DNA of 64,000 bases, taken from IMG/VR virus record IMGVR_UViG_3300008255_000115, positions 35,193-99,192 of that record. One strand, 5' to 3'. The notes beneath the pieces are model-generated. The model searched no databases and was not told where the DNA came from. It saw only the letters and a list, made by a program, of their open reading frames with translations. Positions within the stretch are counted from its first letter, which is position 1, and each line of letters begins with the position of its first letter. This document shows, piece after piece, positions 31,968-42,425 of this stretch. This DNA comes from a virus. The position numbers and the translations under genes were made by a program.

Positions 31968-33395
31968 TTAAAATTCAAAATCTAGATCATCTATTACATG
32001 TTCTTTAGAAGTTTTATCTTCTACTGATTCATTAGGATCAAAATTTTGATCTTCAGTAGGCCCATCAGTTAACCAATCTAAATTTTCTGGTTCAACTGTT
32101 GTTTCAGTCCTTTTATCAATAACAGGATCTGCACTTACTTCTTTTTCTTCAGGAGTAATTGGAGCTATTAATTCATTAGCAACTTGTTCTTCTAAAGGTA
32201 ATATATCTTCTACTAAGCTTTCTGTTGAACTTACATCTAATACATCATTTATTAATTCAATTACTCTTTCTTCAGATTTCACAGGAATATTTTCCATAGC
32301 ATCAGCAACTATTTCACTACTATATACTGGTAAATCTATAGGTGGCTTAGGAAATTCATTAATATTCTCTTCCTCTAAATCACTAAAATTTTCATCTAAT
32401 TCAGAAATAGCTTTTAGAATCTGATCAGACTTATGTTCTGTTGAAAGTTCAGAGACATGAACTATCTCTTCTATATTCTCTTCTTGAATTTGATCTTCTT
32501 GCTCATCAGTTATTTCATCCATATCATAATCATCTAAAGATAGCACTACAGGTTTTTTAACTTCTTCAACTATTTCTGGAGATAACTCTTGAGATTCAAT
32601 TTCTTCAATCTGATCTAATAAATTAATTTGATTTGGATCAATTTCAATCTCTTCCTGAGATCCGGTAATAGGTGTAATAACTACAGAAAGATATTTACTA
32701 TCAATTAATGTATGTAACTTCTTTTGTTGTTCCATCCATAATTTAGGATGAGCTTTTTTAAGACTTACTATAATATGATTATAAATAGTCCATAAAGAAT
32801 TTGCTGGCGTTGTATAAGTAAAAGAAGATTTTTTGTATTCATCTTTTACATTAATTAATTGAGAGCTTGTTATTACATCATTAAAATATAATATACCCAT
32901 AAGTTCAGCAACTTCTGTATCTGTTACAGTTATACCTTTCATCTTATCTTTATCTTGTACTAATGCAGAAAAATAAGAGTTAGCTCCTTGAATCTGTAAT
33001 TTAATATGATCTTTAACTTGCTGCTGTGCATTTCCTGTATGAACTCTACCATAATTACTCATATCTCCAGCAATTATTCTTGCTTCAGATATAAAAGTAT
33101 GTGCTCCAATGGCACATCTAAATCTCATAGTTTTATCATATGAGTTTGCCCATGTGAACATAAGATCCATATCCGGATCATTGCCATACTGTAGATAATA
33201 TACACCTAATGCTACTTCTCCATTAAGATTTCTACAGTATTCTTCCTTATTAACTATAAAACCACCAGCTGCTAATTGCGCTAAGGTTTCATCAATGATA
33301 AACTTATGACTTACAACAGTATAACTAGTTCCATGATTAGGAAGTGATACATTTGTTAAGTCATTTACATCTGTTATAATAACTTGTTTTGGCAT
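31968..33395 (-). CDS. DUF932-like domain protein with long acidic disordered tail (475 aa)
   Basis: YTVVSH and NSYDKTMRFRCAIG motifs, SLWTIYN; C-terminal half is very D/E/P-rich. Confidence 0.65.
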   Translation of the reverse strand: MPKQVIITDVNDLTNVSLPNHGTSYTVVSHKFIIDETLAQLAAGGFIVNKEEYCRNLNGEVALGVYYLQYGNDPDMDLMFTWANSYDKTMRFRCAIGAHTFISEARIIAGDMSNYGRVHTGNAQQQVKDHIKLQIQGANSYFSALVQDKDKMKGITVTDTEVAELMGILYFNDVITSSQLINVKDEYKKSSFTYTTPANSLWTIYNHIIVSLKKAHPKLWMEQQKKLHTLIDSKYLSVVITPITGSQEEIEIDPNQINLLDQIEEIESQELSPEIVEEVKKPVVLSLDDYDMDEITDEQEDQIQEENIEEIVHVSELSTEHKSDQILKAISELDENFSDLEEENINEFPKPPIDLPVYSSEIVADAMENIPVKSEERVIELINDVLDVSSTESLVEDILPLEEQVANELIAPITPEEKEVSADPVIDKRTETTVEPENLDWLTDGPTEDQNFDPNESVEDKTSKEHVIDDLDFEF

Positions 33396-33413
33396 TTTAA
33401 TTTTTTTTGATTA

Positions 33414-33713
33414 TTAAATAATTTTTTCTGCTTGATGTAAGAGAATATCTGCATCAGATATAAGTTTTTCCCAATCATACATTGCTGTAGAAGGACTACT
33501 ATATTGCATTCCTGTATGGTCACCAACAACCCTATACCAGACTCTTTTTAGAATAGTATTAAATTTTCCTGTAGGTTGTCTTCTTTTGAAAAAGCCTACA
33601 CTTTCCATAATAGGTTCTTCTTTTGTATCTACTTGTGTTATTATTTTAAATACATTTCTTCTAGCAGAATTATCCCACATAAGAAATACTTGACCTTCTT
33701 TAGGTATATACAT
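33414..33713 (-). CDS. Hypothetical protein (99 aa)
   Basis: ORF tightly packed after PolB. Confidence 0.7.
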   Translation of the reverse strand: MYIPKEGQVFLMWDNSARRNVFKIITQVDTKEEPIMESVGFFKRRQPTGKFNTILKRVWYRVVGDHTGMQYSSPSTAMYDWEKLISDADILLHQAEKII

Positions 33714-33715
33714 TT

Positions 33716-35620
33716 TTAAAATAGTGTTAATTGTTTAAATTTGGATCCAGCTATATTTTCAATTTCCCTGTATATCATTTTTAAGTAATACTGTTCATTG
33801 ATATTATAATCTTCCCAGTTTTTTTCTTCATATTTATTAAATACAGTTAATAACCATTTTCCACTTTCTACTTGAATAGATCTACCATCATCTTTGTTGA
33901 TTTTAAATACTTTAGCACCCTGTTTAGAAATATAGTATCTAATAGTTGGTTGTAAATTTTCTTCTAAGTATTCTCTATCTTCAATTGATTTCTTTATAAA
34001 ATTCCAATTTCCCTTTATTCTTTTACCTATACAGTAATCAAATATGTTTCTATTAGATGCTAGATATGTTTCAGGGGGAACATCATTTAAAAAGAATTCA
34101 TATAAAGCTTTAGCTACAACTAAATGACTCTTATCTTTGTGTAATCCAAGATTTTCAAACTCAAATCTACCTTTACATTTTGTTTTACCATTTTTAAAAA
34201 CTGCAATATAACTATTTACATCAGCAATTACTAATTTTTGATATTCATCATGCTCTAAAGTTAATCTAGTTAGTTGTTCCCATTCTTCACATATTTTTAT
34301 GTATTCATCAATATACTCTTTAGGAATCATTGTTTCAAGACCATCTGTATTTTGCATTAGTGGAATAGCTCCTGGAATTCTTTCCATGATCATTTCATAT
34401 AACATCATTAGACTTAGCTGACCATTAATAGTAATTTGCATTGTGAATTGTGGATCATAAAGAAAACAATGTTTATCATTAGAAAGACCATATGTACTAT
34501 TAAGTATAATCTTATATACATAATTCATAATATCTTTCTTTGATATTTTTTTCCTTTCAAGAAAGAACCATTCATAAAGCTCACAAAAAATTTCTTTTGG
34601 TAAATGAGCTGGAGCCCAACCATTTTCAATAGCAAGTTTAGGATAATAACTCACAACATCTGAGGTCATAATAGTCATTGCTTCAGTTGCTTCATATATT
34701 CCACTTTCCCTTGCACCATGTAATCCTCCTAAACCAAAATCCATTTTTACTCCATCCATTCTAATAGAGTGTTTAAAACCCCCTTTAGTTTTTAGAGGAT
34801 CTATAATTATATTATGATATTTATTATATAATTCTTGAAATTTAGGATTATTAAACTTTATATATGGTAATATAATATCTTTACCAAATATTTGAGTTCT
34901 TTTAGTTCTTAAATATTTTAATTCATTTTTATCTTTTCCAGTTTTTTCTGATAAAAAATGTAAAAATAGTTCTTTTGATATTCTTGGTTCAGATGCACTA
35001 TATAGATTAATTTTATATTCTTTTGTTAAATTATTTCTTAATTTAATTTGTCCTGCACTTAATTTTAATATAGCTTTAGTAGACTTAACATCATTAATAC
35101 AATAAGAAACTATACTATTAATTTCTTCATTTGTATGAATTGGTGTATTATGATGGATTGGCATATCTTGTAAGTTAGGCCAATCCATTGAAAACTGTAT
35201 CCATTTAAGAGATGACCTTTTTGCTGGATTATCCCAATGATTCAACTTAAATAGATCAAGTTGTGGTATTTTCATTTTTCCTTCATAGAAATCTAACCAT
35301 TCTCTATTATTACTTTTATTAATAATATATTGGGCTTTCTTATAAATTTCATGAGCTAATGTGGCCCCATCTAATTTTGACCATTCTTTCTCATGTTGAA
35401 AGAAATATTCTGTAATTTGAGCATCAAAGGCTAATCCATTAAAAGATATATGCCTTTCCTTGTTATCTATATTCCTATGAAGGAATTTTATAAATTCTTG
35501 AAAATCATTTTGTAGTTCATGTATAATAAAAATCTTAGTTTCTTCTGTCCTATAATCCTCAAATACACCACAAAAGAAGTTTATTAGTGTTTCATAATCA
35601 TGTACATAGTGACTTCTCAT
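33716..35620 (-). CDS. polB: Family B DNA polymerase with 3'-5' exonuclease
   Basis: Exo motifs DYET, FNGLAFD, YCINDV; polymerase motifs SDVVSYYP, KIILNSTYG, NTDG. Confidence 0.93.
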   Translation of the reverse strand: MRSHYVHDYETLINFFCGVFEDYRTEETKIFIIHELQNDFQEFIKFLHRNIDNKERHISFNGLAFDAQITEYFFQHEKEWSKLDGATLAHEIYKKAQYIINKSNNREWLDFYEGKMKIPQLDLFKLNHWDNPAKRSSLKWIQFSMDWPNLQDMPIHHNTPIHTNEEINSIVSYCINDVKSTKAILKLSAGQIKLRNNLTKEYKINLYSASEPRISKELFLHFLSEKTGKDKNELKYLRTKRTQIFGKDIILPYIKFNNPKFQELYNKYHNIIIDPLKTKGGFKHSIRMDGVKMDFGLGGLHGARESGIYEATEAMTIMTSDVVSYYPKLAIENGWAPAHLPKEIFCELYEWFFLERKKISKKDIMNYVYKIILNSTYGLSNDKHCFLYDPQFTMQITINGQLSLMMLYEMIMERIPGAIPLMQNTDGLETMIPKEYIDEYIKICEEWEQLTRLTLEHDEYQKLVIADVNSYIAVFKNGKTKCKGRFEFENLGLHKDKSHLVVAKALYEFFLNDVPPETYLASNRNIFDYCIGKRIKGNWNFIKKSIEDREYLEENLQPTIRYYISKQGAKVFKINKDDGRSIQVESGKWLLTVFNKYEEKNWEDYNINEQYYLKMIYREIENIAGSKFKQLTLF

Positions 35621-35635
35621 ATTAAAATATATAAG

Positions 35636-35669
35636 CCAAAAAAAGCAGGATATGCCTGCTTTTTTTTGG
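35636..35669. terminator. Intrinsic terminator (bidirectional-looking)
   Basis: CCAAAAAAAGCAGG-atatg-CCTGCTTTTTTTTGG hairpin with A/T tracts. Confidence 0.85.
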
Positions 35670-35683
35670 TAATTAATATAAAA

Positions 35684-36118
35684 TTATTTTTCAACAATTA
35701 ATTGTGGTCCTTTTGCAATAGTGTCAGGATTAGACATACTAGGTGCATCTAATATTTTTTTGTAATTAAAACTGTCTGCATTAATAGCAAAATTTTTAAT
35801 AAAATTCTCAATTTCATCAGCATTAGTGATATAATATTCTGTATAACTTTCTTGCTGAACTCTTTGTTTTTTCATGGGATCTTGAGAATTACCAGTTTTA
35901 GATTTAATGGGTCTACCATCATCATCTAATCTTGGTATCATATGAAAAGTATCTTTTTTAGTTTTACCTATAATAGCTAATACTTTTTCAGCTGGATTAT
36001 ATAGACATTCTATATAAGGACATGTATTATTAGCAGGTATTAAACTAAATGATGGAGTAGGACCCCAATTACTAGTTAATATTAACATTGATGGATTTGA
36101 CCAGTTGGTTTTTGACAT
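35684..36118 (-). CDS. Hypothetical protein (start probably ATG 36118, MSKTNW...)
   Basis: ORF track 35684..36148; the internal ATG follows an A-rich leader and a promoter-like motif. Confidence 0.7.
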   Translation of the reverse strand: MSKTNWSNPSMLILTSNWGPTPSFSLIPANNTCPYIECLYNPAEKVLAIIGKTKKDTFHMIPRLDDDGRPIKSKTGNSQDPMKKQRVQQESYTEYYITNADEIENFIKNFAINADSFNYKKILDAPSMSNPDTIAKGPQLIVEK

Positions 36119-36145
36119 ATTTATTTTTTTAATTGGTTTATGGTA

Positions 36146-36153
36146 CAAAAATA
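36146..36153 (-). promoter_or_regulatory. Bacteroidota sigma-A -7 element (TAnnTTTG)
   Basis: TATTTTTG on the - strand about 30 nt upstream of ATG 36118. Confidence 0.45.
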
Positions 36154-36154
36154 A

Positions 36155-36742
36155 TTATAATCTTCCTAATTTCAAAGAGTTTACAGATATTTTTAATTTT
36201 TCCTTTTCAAAATTTGGTTTACTACATAGTTCACCTACTCCTTTCAATATTTCATGCATCTCTTTTACATAAATTTCTTGTGGAGAAAGCATTTTTGCAT
36301 ATTCCTCAAAATAATCATCAGGATAAAGATAACTTTTAATATATGCATAATTAGCACTAGATCCTCCATAAACATCTCTAATTCTATTTTTAAGCTGTTG
36401 AGATAATTGAGAGTATTTACCATTTATAACATTATCATAGTCCTCCTTATGTTCATCAAAATTAAATATATATACAGCTTTGTCTTTATTTACTTCTTTA
36501 TAATCTTCAAATAATGGATTTCCTAATAGGTTTCTATCTTCATAATCTAAAAATTCATCATCATCTCTTAGATGATATAAGCATATTAATTTTCTGTCAT
36601 CAACTTTGATATCTCCCCATTCTAAATATGTTTCAATTGGAGTAACTCCTGAACCTTTTCTATTTCCTAAAGCAGGATATAGAAAAACTTTTGATTTTTG
36701 AAAATATTCTTGGTAAATATCTGTTATTTTTTTTATTGCCAT
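36155..36742 (-). CDS. Hypothetical protein (195 aa)
   Basis: ORF in the replication operon. Confidence 0.75.
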   Translation of the reverse strand: MAIKKITDIYQEYFQKSKVFLYPALGNRKGSGVTPIETYLEWGDIKVDDRKLICLYHLRDDDEFLDYEDRNLLGNPLFEDYKEVNKDKAVYIFNFDEHKEDYDNVINGKYSQLSQQLKNRIRDVYGGSSANYAYIKSYLYPDDYFEEYAKMLSPQEIYVKEMHEILKGVGELCSKPNFEKEKLKISVNSLKLGRL

Positions 36743-36754
36743 AGATTTGTAACT

Positions 36755-37798
36755 TTATAAAGTTACTTGACCTAAAGCAAACTCATATGGTAATTTGTAA
36801 TCTTTATTTATATAGTGGTACTTAGCAACTTCTAAAACTTTGTCCAATTGAGATTGCCAATCAAGTAATGATTGATTACTAACAGGAAATGGATATACAA
36901 GATTGTTCTTATCTATCACAATGAAGTGCATAATAAATGCATAATTTTCTACTTCTGGATGACAACTTTTTACTAATCTCATATATATAGCTCCTTGCAT
37001 CCAATATTTATAATACTCCACAGTATCTTTGAACTCACTCAAAGTTTTACCAGTAGTTTTAAGATCATTAATATATACTATTTTAAGTGTATGATCAATA
37101 ACATAATTGTCTACAATTCCTTTTAAGCCAAAAGGATAATATTGTAGTGCACATGAAAGAGCTTTTTCATTGTACACTTCTAATAACTCAAAACCTGTTT
37201 GACCATGTTTTAGTAATTCTGTAATAGTTTTATTTTCCTTAATAATATTGACCGCTTCTTGACATCTATCAAAGGCTTCTTGACTAATTACATCTTTACC
37301 TTCAGAATTTTTAAAGTATTCAAAATATTTATCTGCATTACTAGTCAGAACCTTTTCCAATCTTTTCTGATTACTAGTTTTTGCACCTTTTTTTGATAAA
37401 TCTTTATCATCTGTAAGAGTTTGGTGAAGGTTGTTATCTTCCAACCATTTAATTATTTGTGTTTCAAAATCCTTTAATTTCAACTGAGGATCTTTTTCAA
37501 CTCTCCATAATTTATACATGTCTTCTACTATTTTCTTATTACTGGATCCAGGAATGCTCCCTGGCATAATAACAAATAGTTTATCAAACATTTTTTGTTC
37601 TAATAAAAGACAGTGAATAGCCTTACCTTCTACTAAGTAGGAGGCAAGACCATCTTCACGTTCTTTTAATATGTACCAATTATAGAATAATGGAGCAGAA
37701 TGAAGTAGCTTGTTTAAGCTAGAGTAACTGAATAAAAAATATTGAGAATAAAACTTTTTAATTGCCTTATTATCAGTTATATTAATTGTACTAATCAT
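36755..37798 (-). CDS. PD-(D/E)XK exonuclease (RecE/ExoVIII-like)
   Basis: SYSSL, G..IH..LLE, KGIVD...INDLKTT and YWMQGAIY motifs. Confidence 0.85.
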   Translation of the reverse strand: MISTINITDNKAIKKFYSQYFLFSYSSLNKLLHSAPLFYNWYILKEREDGLASYLVEGKAIHCLLLEQKMFDKLFVIMPGSIPGSSNKKIVEDMYKLWRVEKDPQLKLKDFETQIIKWLEDNNLHQTLTDDKDLSKKGAKTSNQKRLEKVLTSNADKYFEYFKNSEGKDVISQEAFDRCQEAVNIIKENKTITELLKHGQTGFELLEVYNEKALSCALQYYPFGLKGIVDNYVIDHTLKIVYINDLKTTGKTLSEFKDTVEYYKYWMQGAIYMRLVKSCHPEVENYAFIMHFIVIDKNNLVYPFPVSNQSLLDWQSQLDKVLEVAKYHYINKDYKLPYEFALGQVTL

Positions 37799-37814
37799 TC
37801 TTTTATAATTTTTA

Positions 37815-38933
37815 TTAGTTTACTAATTTTTGTTGCTTCTTTTTAAGATGTTTTTTTACTTCATCTGACACTGTTATCGTACTAATCTTAAAGTGTTTAG
37901 TATCATAATCTTTTATCCACTGCATTTTTACACCTTCTGCTAGTTCTTTAACTGTGTTATATGTAAGAACATCCTTATCTAGAAGATATGTAATTATATT
38001 ATCATCAGTAATTCTACACATCTGTTGTCTTGTGATACCAATGTACTCCAATAAACTCTTAAAATTAACATGATTACTTTCTTTCATGTTTAAAATAGTA
38101 TTATAGTTTGCTTGAAATAATAATAACACATGATGTAATGAAGGATTAATATTACAATTAGCTATTATTTCAATTGCTAATATTTTATCTGCTTCATTAG
38201 TACTGTCTAACATATTTTGCAATCTTGCATACATATTTTGATCAATAATTGTTGAATTTTCATTAATAAGTTCAATAATTCTTTCTTGTAGACAAATTTT
38301 ATCATCAGATAATAATGATATTAAAGTATCATATTTTTCTATGTATAATGTTTGTTTAATAGAATAATCTATAGAAGGATCTAATTCAACAAGTGATTTT
38401 TTAAATCCTTTTGCATGAGCTCTACTATCTCCTGTTATATATGTACCTATATAGTCAGACCCATAATATCCAGAATATTCTGAAGACAAATATACACATT
38501 TATTTGGACAATTTTTGATTTCATCTTTTAATAGAATAATATCACTTCTACCTGAATCATAATTAATATCTAACCACTGAATAAAAATAGTTTTATTAAC
38601 TTTTCTTATATATCTATTAGATAAACATTCAATTACTGAATCATTACTAACAAACTTAATATCAGCATTTTCTTCTTTAATAGTTACAGACATACCTAAT
38701 TTTTGAGCCCAATCTCTTACTTTATATCTTGGTACAGTACATCCAGGATAGAAATATAAATGATCTCCAGCAGAAGGTATATAATCTATATGTTTTATAT
38801 TAATCTTAGATATGTCAAGTTTACCTTTATAGATTTTTCTAATTGACCACATAAATTCTACATCATTAGTTAAAGAATTTGGTGCAGGTATTTTATCTAT
38901 TTGTATTATATTTTTAATTTTACTAATATCCAT
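37815..38933 (-). CDS. Hypothetical protein with BRCT-like N-terminal region and shared helical motif (372 aa); paralog of next gene
   Basis: GDHLYFYPGCTVPRYKVRDW...SVTIKEENAD aligns with GDKVYVLPGHNLAHTRIKEY...NTTKNIENAT of 38923..40059; motif MLDSTNEADKILAIEII. Confidence 0.6.
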   Translation of the reverse strand: MDISKIKNIIQIDKIPAPNSLTNDVEFMWSIRKIYKGKLDISKINIKHIDYIPSAGDHLYFYPGCTVPRYKVRDWAQKLGMSVTIKEENADIKFVSNDSVIECLSNRYIRKVNKTIFIQWLDINYDSGRSDIILLKDEIKNCPNKCVYLSSEYSGYYGSDYIGTYITGDSRAHAKGFKKSLVELDPSIDYSIKQTLYIEKYDTLISLLSDDKICLQERIIELINENSTIIDQNMYARLQNMLDSTNEADKILAIEIIANCNINPSLHHVLLLFQANYNTILNMKESNHVNFKSLLEYIGITRQQMCRITDDNIITYLLDKDVLTYNTVKELAEGVKMQWIKDYDTKHFKISTITVSDEVKKHLKKKQQKLVN

Positions 38934-40059
38934 CTGTTTCTGGTTTTAAAATGTTCATCCATTTTGGTTTAAGTTTAATTGTCCATTGAAAAGTTTCATT
39001 ATCCTTTTCTAATGCAAAATAATTTTCATTAAAGTAATGACATGCATTTATATTTTCTATAAATATATCATCTATTAAATCTTGCATTATTGATTTTGTA
39101 AGTATACCTTTTGTATCAGCATATTTAATGAATTCTTCTGAATTAAGATTACCAAAATAAGCAAACTTAGTATAATCTAAAAAGAAAGATAAAGCTTTAC
39201 TTCTATCAAATCCTGAAATAATATAATAATGAGCTTTTGATAACTTCCATACATGATAATCTATATTTCCGGATAAATCAGCATGTATTAATAGTTCTAC
39301 ACCCATTTCTTTATCTTTTTCATTTGGACTAGCTAACATTGTATTTATAGTATCATAAGATTTAGAATCCTCAAGTTTCATTCCTGAGTTAGCACTTTGA
39401 CTAATTGTTTCATCATTTAGAACTCTTAATTTTCCAGATAATACATGATAAACAATTTCCATGCATTGTGGAGTTAAAAAATATGTATTTCCATATGCAA
39501 AATGAATATTTGAATTATAATTGATATAATTATAAGCATCAGGACTCATAAATGTAATTTTACTTTGCTTATATTGGTTTTTAAGTTTGAAATAATCAGG
39601 ATGATACTCATTAAAACTTGTATCAATTGTATCAATTACATCAATTTCATTATTAGTAAACTCATAAATAGGATTATAGTTAAACATAATACTAGCAAGT
39701 TTAACTTGAGTATAATTACAATTATCTTCATGAAAGTTATCAGTACCTGCAATTACAGTTGCATTTTCTATATTTTTGGTTGTATTGGCATCATTGTTTT
39801 TAAGATACTCTTTTATTCTAGTATGCGCTAGATTATGACCAGGTAATACATAAACCTTATCTCCAGTTTTTATATTATGTGTGGAATTTCCAGTTAATAT
39901 TTTCTTAATTTTCTCATACACAATATTATCAACTTTATATAATTGACCAACTGAAAGTCCTTTATTTTTACTAAAATAGATATAATTGCACAACTCCCAT
40001 TTAAACTGAAGTTGTGCAATTTTTTTACTATCTATTTCCTTATAAGGATCAAATGCCAT
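38923..40059 (-). CDS. Hypothetical protein with BRCT-like N-terminal region and shared helical motif (378 aa)
   Basis: Paralogy with 37815..38933; motif MLASPNEKDKEMGVELL; stop of the ATPase gene abuts its start. Confidence 0.6.
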   Translation of the reverse strand: MAFDPYKEIDSKKIAQLQFKWELCNYIYFSKNKGLSVGQLYKVDNIVYEKIKKILTGNSTHNIKTGDKVYVLPGHNLAHTRIKEYLKNNDANTTKNIENATVIAGTDNFHEDNCNYTQVKLASIMFNYNPIYEFTNNEIDVIDTIDTSFNEYHPDYFKLKNQYKQSKITFMSPDAYNYINYNSNIHFAYGNTYFLTPQCMEIVYHVLSGKLRVLNDETISQSANSGMKLEDSKSYDTINTMLASPNEKDKEMGVELLIHADLSGNIDYHVWKLSKAHYYIISGFDRSKALSFFLDYTKFAYFGNLNSEEFIKYADTKGILTKSIMQDLIDDIFIENINACHYFNENYFALEKDNETFQWTIKLKPKWMNILKPETDGY

Positions 40060-41255
40060 TATTTAACAGCCATTTTAACTACCTCTGGATTCATCATGAG
40101 TTTTTGAAACTTCTGCTTATTCCCATTAAGAATCTCACGTACCGCATAGTACTGTAAGTCATTACCAAAGATGTTGTCTATTGTTAACATAGTAATTCTA
40201 TCAATAATCTTTTGATCTACTGGATTATTTTCTGCATGAACTACAGTATAGTTAGCAAATCTTGTACATAATACACTTGCAATGTCAGCTCTATAATTGT
40301 GATCAATGCCAATGGCTTCTTTAAGAAGTTTTTTAACATGTTCTTCATTATCATGAGTTAACATAACCTTTGGATCTACCAGTTTATCAAGTTTATTATT
40401 AATAAAACTTATAAACATATTAGAAAACTCTTCACCAACAGAACCTTCACCAATCATTTGAATAAGAGGTAACTCATCTTCAAATGTTTTAATACTAGAT
40501 ATTGAATTAAAGAATGCTGTAATAGCTCTTGCATTAGTTTCTTGAGTAACTAATTCAGGATTTAATAGTAAGAAGTTAATACATCTACTATCAATACCTT
40601 CTTTTTCAGCCCATTTACCCCATACATCTTTGTCAAACTTAAGCCCTATAGATATATATCTAGTTTTTTGAGCTGAATCTTGTGATTGAACTTGGTAGTC
40701 TCCATTATCAGGATTTGCACTTAAAACTATAGTACAATTTTTAGGCATTTTCCATGATATATATTCTTGCCTATCTATTATCTCCATACAAGCTTGTATG
40801 AATCTTTGTTGAGCTCTTGTCCAGTCATCAAATAAAATTAATGTACCTTTATCATGAGTTGGTACCCAATCAGGTAATGAATAAGCCATTTTGTCTTTAC
40901 CTGTAGGTTCATATCCTTTTTTCTTATAATCATCTAAAATAGCTTCATCTGCCCATTTAACATTCCACTTGGACTTATCTTCAGTTCCATTTTTGTTAAT
41001 CATTTGAAATTGTCTAGTTGGATATCCAATTATGTCTCCTAACTCATCAAGTTGAGCTAGATTTACTTTAATAAATTCATAATTTAACTCCTTAGCTAAT
41101 TGTTTTATAGCACTAGTCTTTCCAATACCAGACTCTCCTTCAACTTCAACAGTTACAGGAAACTTATTAGTCTCTTGAAGCATTCTATTGGTTTTAACCA
41201 TATGAGACATGAATACTTTTAACTCATCAATATTTAAACTTACTTGTTTGTTCAT
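40059..41255 (-). CDS. MoxR-like AAA+ ATPase
   Basis: Walker A GESGIGKT, Walker B-like LFDDWTRA, sensor ANP, DSAQKTR; adjacent to a VWA gene. Confidence 0.85.
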   Translation of the reverse strand: MNKQVSLNIDELKVFMSHMVKTNRMLQETNKFPVTVEVEGESGIGKTSAIKQLAKELNYEFIKVNLAQLDELGDIIGYPTRQFQMINKNGTEDKSKWNVKWADEAILDDYKKKGYEPTGKDKMAYSLPDWVPTHDKGTLILFDDWTRAQQRFIQACMEIIDRQEYISWKMPKNCTIVLSANPDNGDYQVQSQDSAQKTRYISIGLKFDKDVWGKWAEKEGIDSRCINFLLLNPELVTQETNARAITAFFNSISSIKTFEDELPLIQMIGEGSVGEEFSNMFISFINNKLDKLVDPKVMLTHDNEEHVKKLLKEAIGIDHNYRADIASVLCTRFANYTVVHAENNPVDQKIIDRITMLTIDNIFGNDLQYYAVREILNGNKQKFQKLMMNPEVVKMAVK

Positions 41256-41274
41256 TTTTTATTATAATTAATTA

Positions 41275-41460
41275 TTAATTTAACTTTATTGTTTTTCCTG
41301 GTAAGTGATCACATTCACTTGATCTTGATGATAGTACCCAAAGACATCTACCATTTGGATTTCTTTCTGGAGCAGGTGCTTCTCCATCTGTAAAATAAAT
41401 TAAACATGAAAATTTTCTTGAGTTTTCATTAAAATAATCCACTACAGGATCAAAATATGT
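41275..41460 (-). CDS. Exon 2 of VWA/metallopeptidase (DUF2201-like) gene
   Basis: TYFDPVV...LIYFTDG...CLWVLS completes the VWA domain in frame after exon 1 (...GRGG). Confidence 0.9.
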   Translation of the reverse strand, partial: TYFDPVVDYFNENSRKFSCLIYFTDGEAPAPERNPNGRCLWVLSSRSSECDHLPGKTIKLN

Positions 41461-42425
41461 CATTTAACATGTATACTTTCATATACAACTGGACTATCCC
41501 TTTAACTCTATTGAGTTAGCTGATTATAGTCTCTGAACATTTCTCTTTTATATGTAAGTCAAAGATTGCTTTTTTTCTTTCTAAAAAAATAGTAGCATCT
41601 TTATACAGGTAATTATAAAAAGAAATAAGTTTTTTATTTCTTTTATATGCTAAATTATAGCATTTATTACCTTTAGATTGTGTAATTTTTCCATTAAGAT
41701 TGATTTGTTTATCAATTTCTATTAAAAATTCTTTTGTTCCAGTAAATCTATAATGTATTACAGGAAATATATTTCCATTTCTCCAATGTTTTTCATTAGA
41801 TATAAATACACTACCATCACCATCAAAATATCCTCTGATAAAATGTGATATTAATATCTTATCTATTTTTGGAAATTTTAATGTTAAAGATTTTCTTGGT
41901 ACACAACCATATTTTGATAAATCATTAACTAATTGTTGTGAAGTTATAAAAACTCTAGAATGCCATAAACCTTTAAAAAGTCCAGACTTTATTTGATTAT
42001 CATTGACAGGACCTTTAAATCCTAAAGATGACTTATATTTATCTAAATGTTCTTTATCTTTAATAGCTAACACTAGTTGTATACGATCTTGACCAGGTCT
42101 TTCTTGTATACATCCATCTGCCATTAAAAAACCTAACCAATAGGCTTTATCTTCATTATCTATTTTGTTAAAATAGTTATCATTTACATTATATATTCTT
42201 TTCATGGTGGTATATATTTACTACCAATATAAGAATAATATTTTACATATGCAAGAGATTTTGCTGCGGATTGTGCAATCTATTAAACTTTTTACTATCT
42301 CTAAGTAATTAACTTAGCCCTTATGTATATTTCTATCACAAGTTAGTATTTAATAGCTCTAAGCAGTTTCCCGCAATTTACAGCATTTTTTAATGTATAT
42401 CACTATACATGGAGGCACATCGTTT
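41461..42425 (-). mobile_element. Group I intron (965 nt) carrying a homing endonuclease
   Basis: P1: exon GGAGGU pairs with intron GCCUCC (U.G at splice site); P10 AUGU/ACAU; P AAUUGCGGGAAA (about 42367-42379), Q AAUCCGCAGC (42263-42272), R GUUCAGAGACUAUA (41525-41538), S AAGGGAUAGUCC (41491-41502); terminal G at 41461. Confidence 0.93.
41516..42205 (-). CDS. Intron-encoded double-motif LAGLIDADG homing endonuclease
   Basis: YWLGFLMADG and FIRGYFDGDG motifs; C-terminus (CSETIIS) overlaps the intron R element. Confidence 0.92.
   Translation of the reverse strand: MKRIYNVNDNYFNKIDNEDKAYWLGFLMADGCIQERPGQDRIQLVLAIKDKEHLDKYKSSLGFKGPVNDNQIKSGLFKGLWHSRVFITSQQLVNDLSKYGCVPRKSLTLKFPKIDKILISHFIRGYFDGDGSVFISNEKHWRNGNIFPVIHYRFTGTKEFLIEIDKQINLNGKITQSKGNKCYNLAYKRNKKLISFYNYLYKDATIFLERKKAIFDLHIKEKCSETIIS

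Noticed and set aside
41275-41463. Stand-alone 62-aa ORF, and the 11-aa tail KRCASMYSDIH of ORF 42390..43568
   Set aside because: Explained by the group I intron: the G of the apparent ATG is the intron's terminal G, and the tail is intron sequence.
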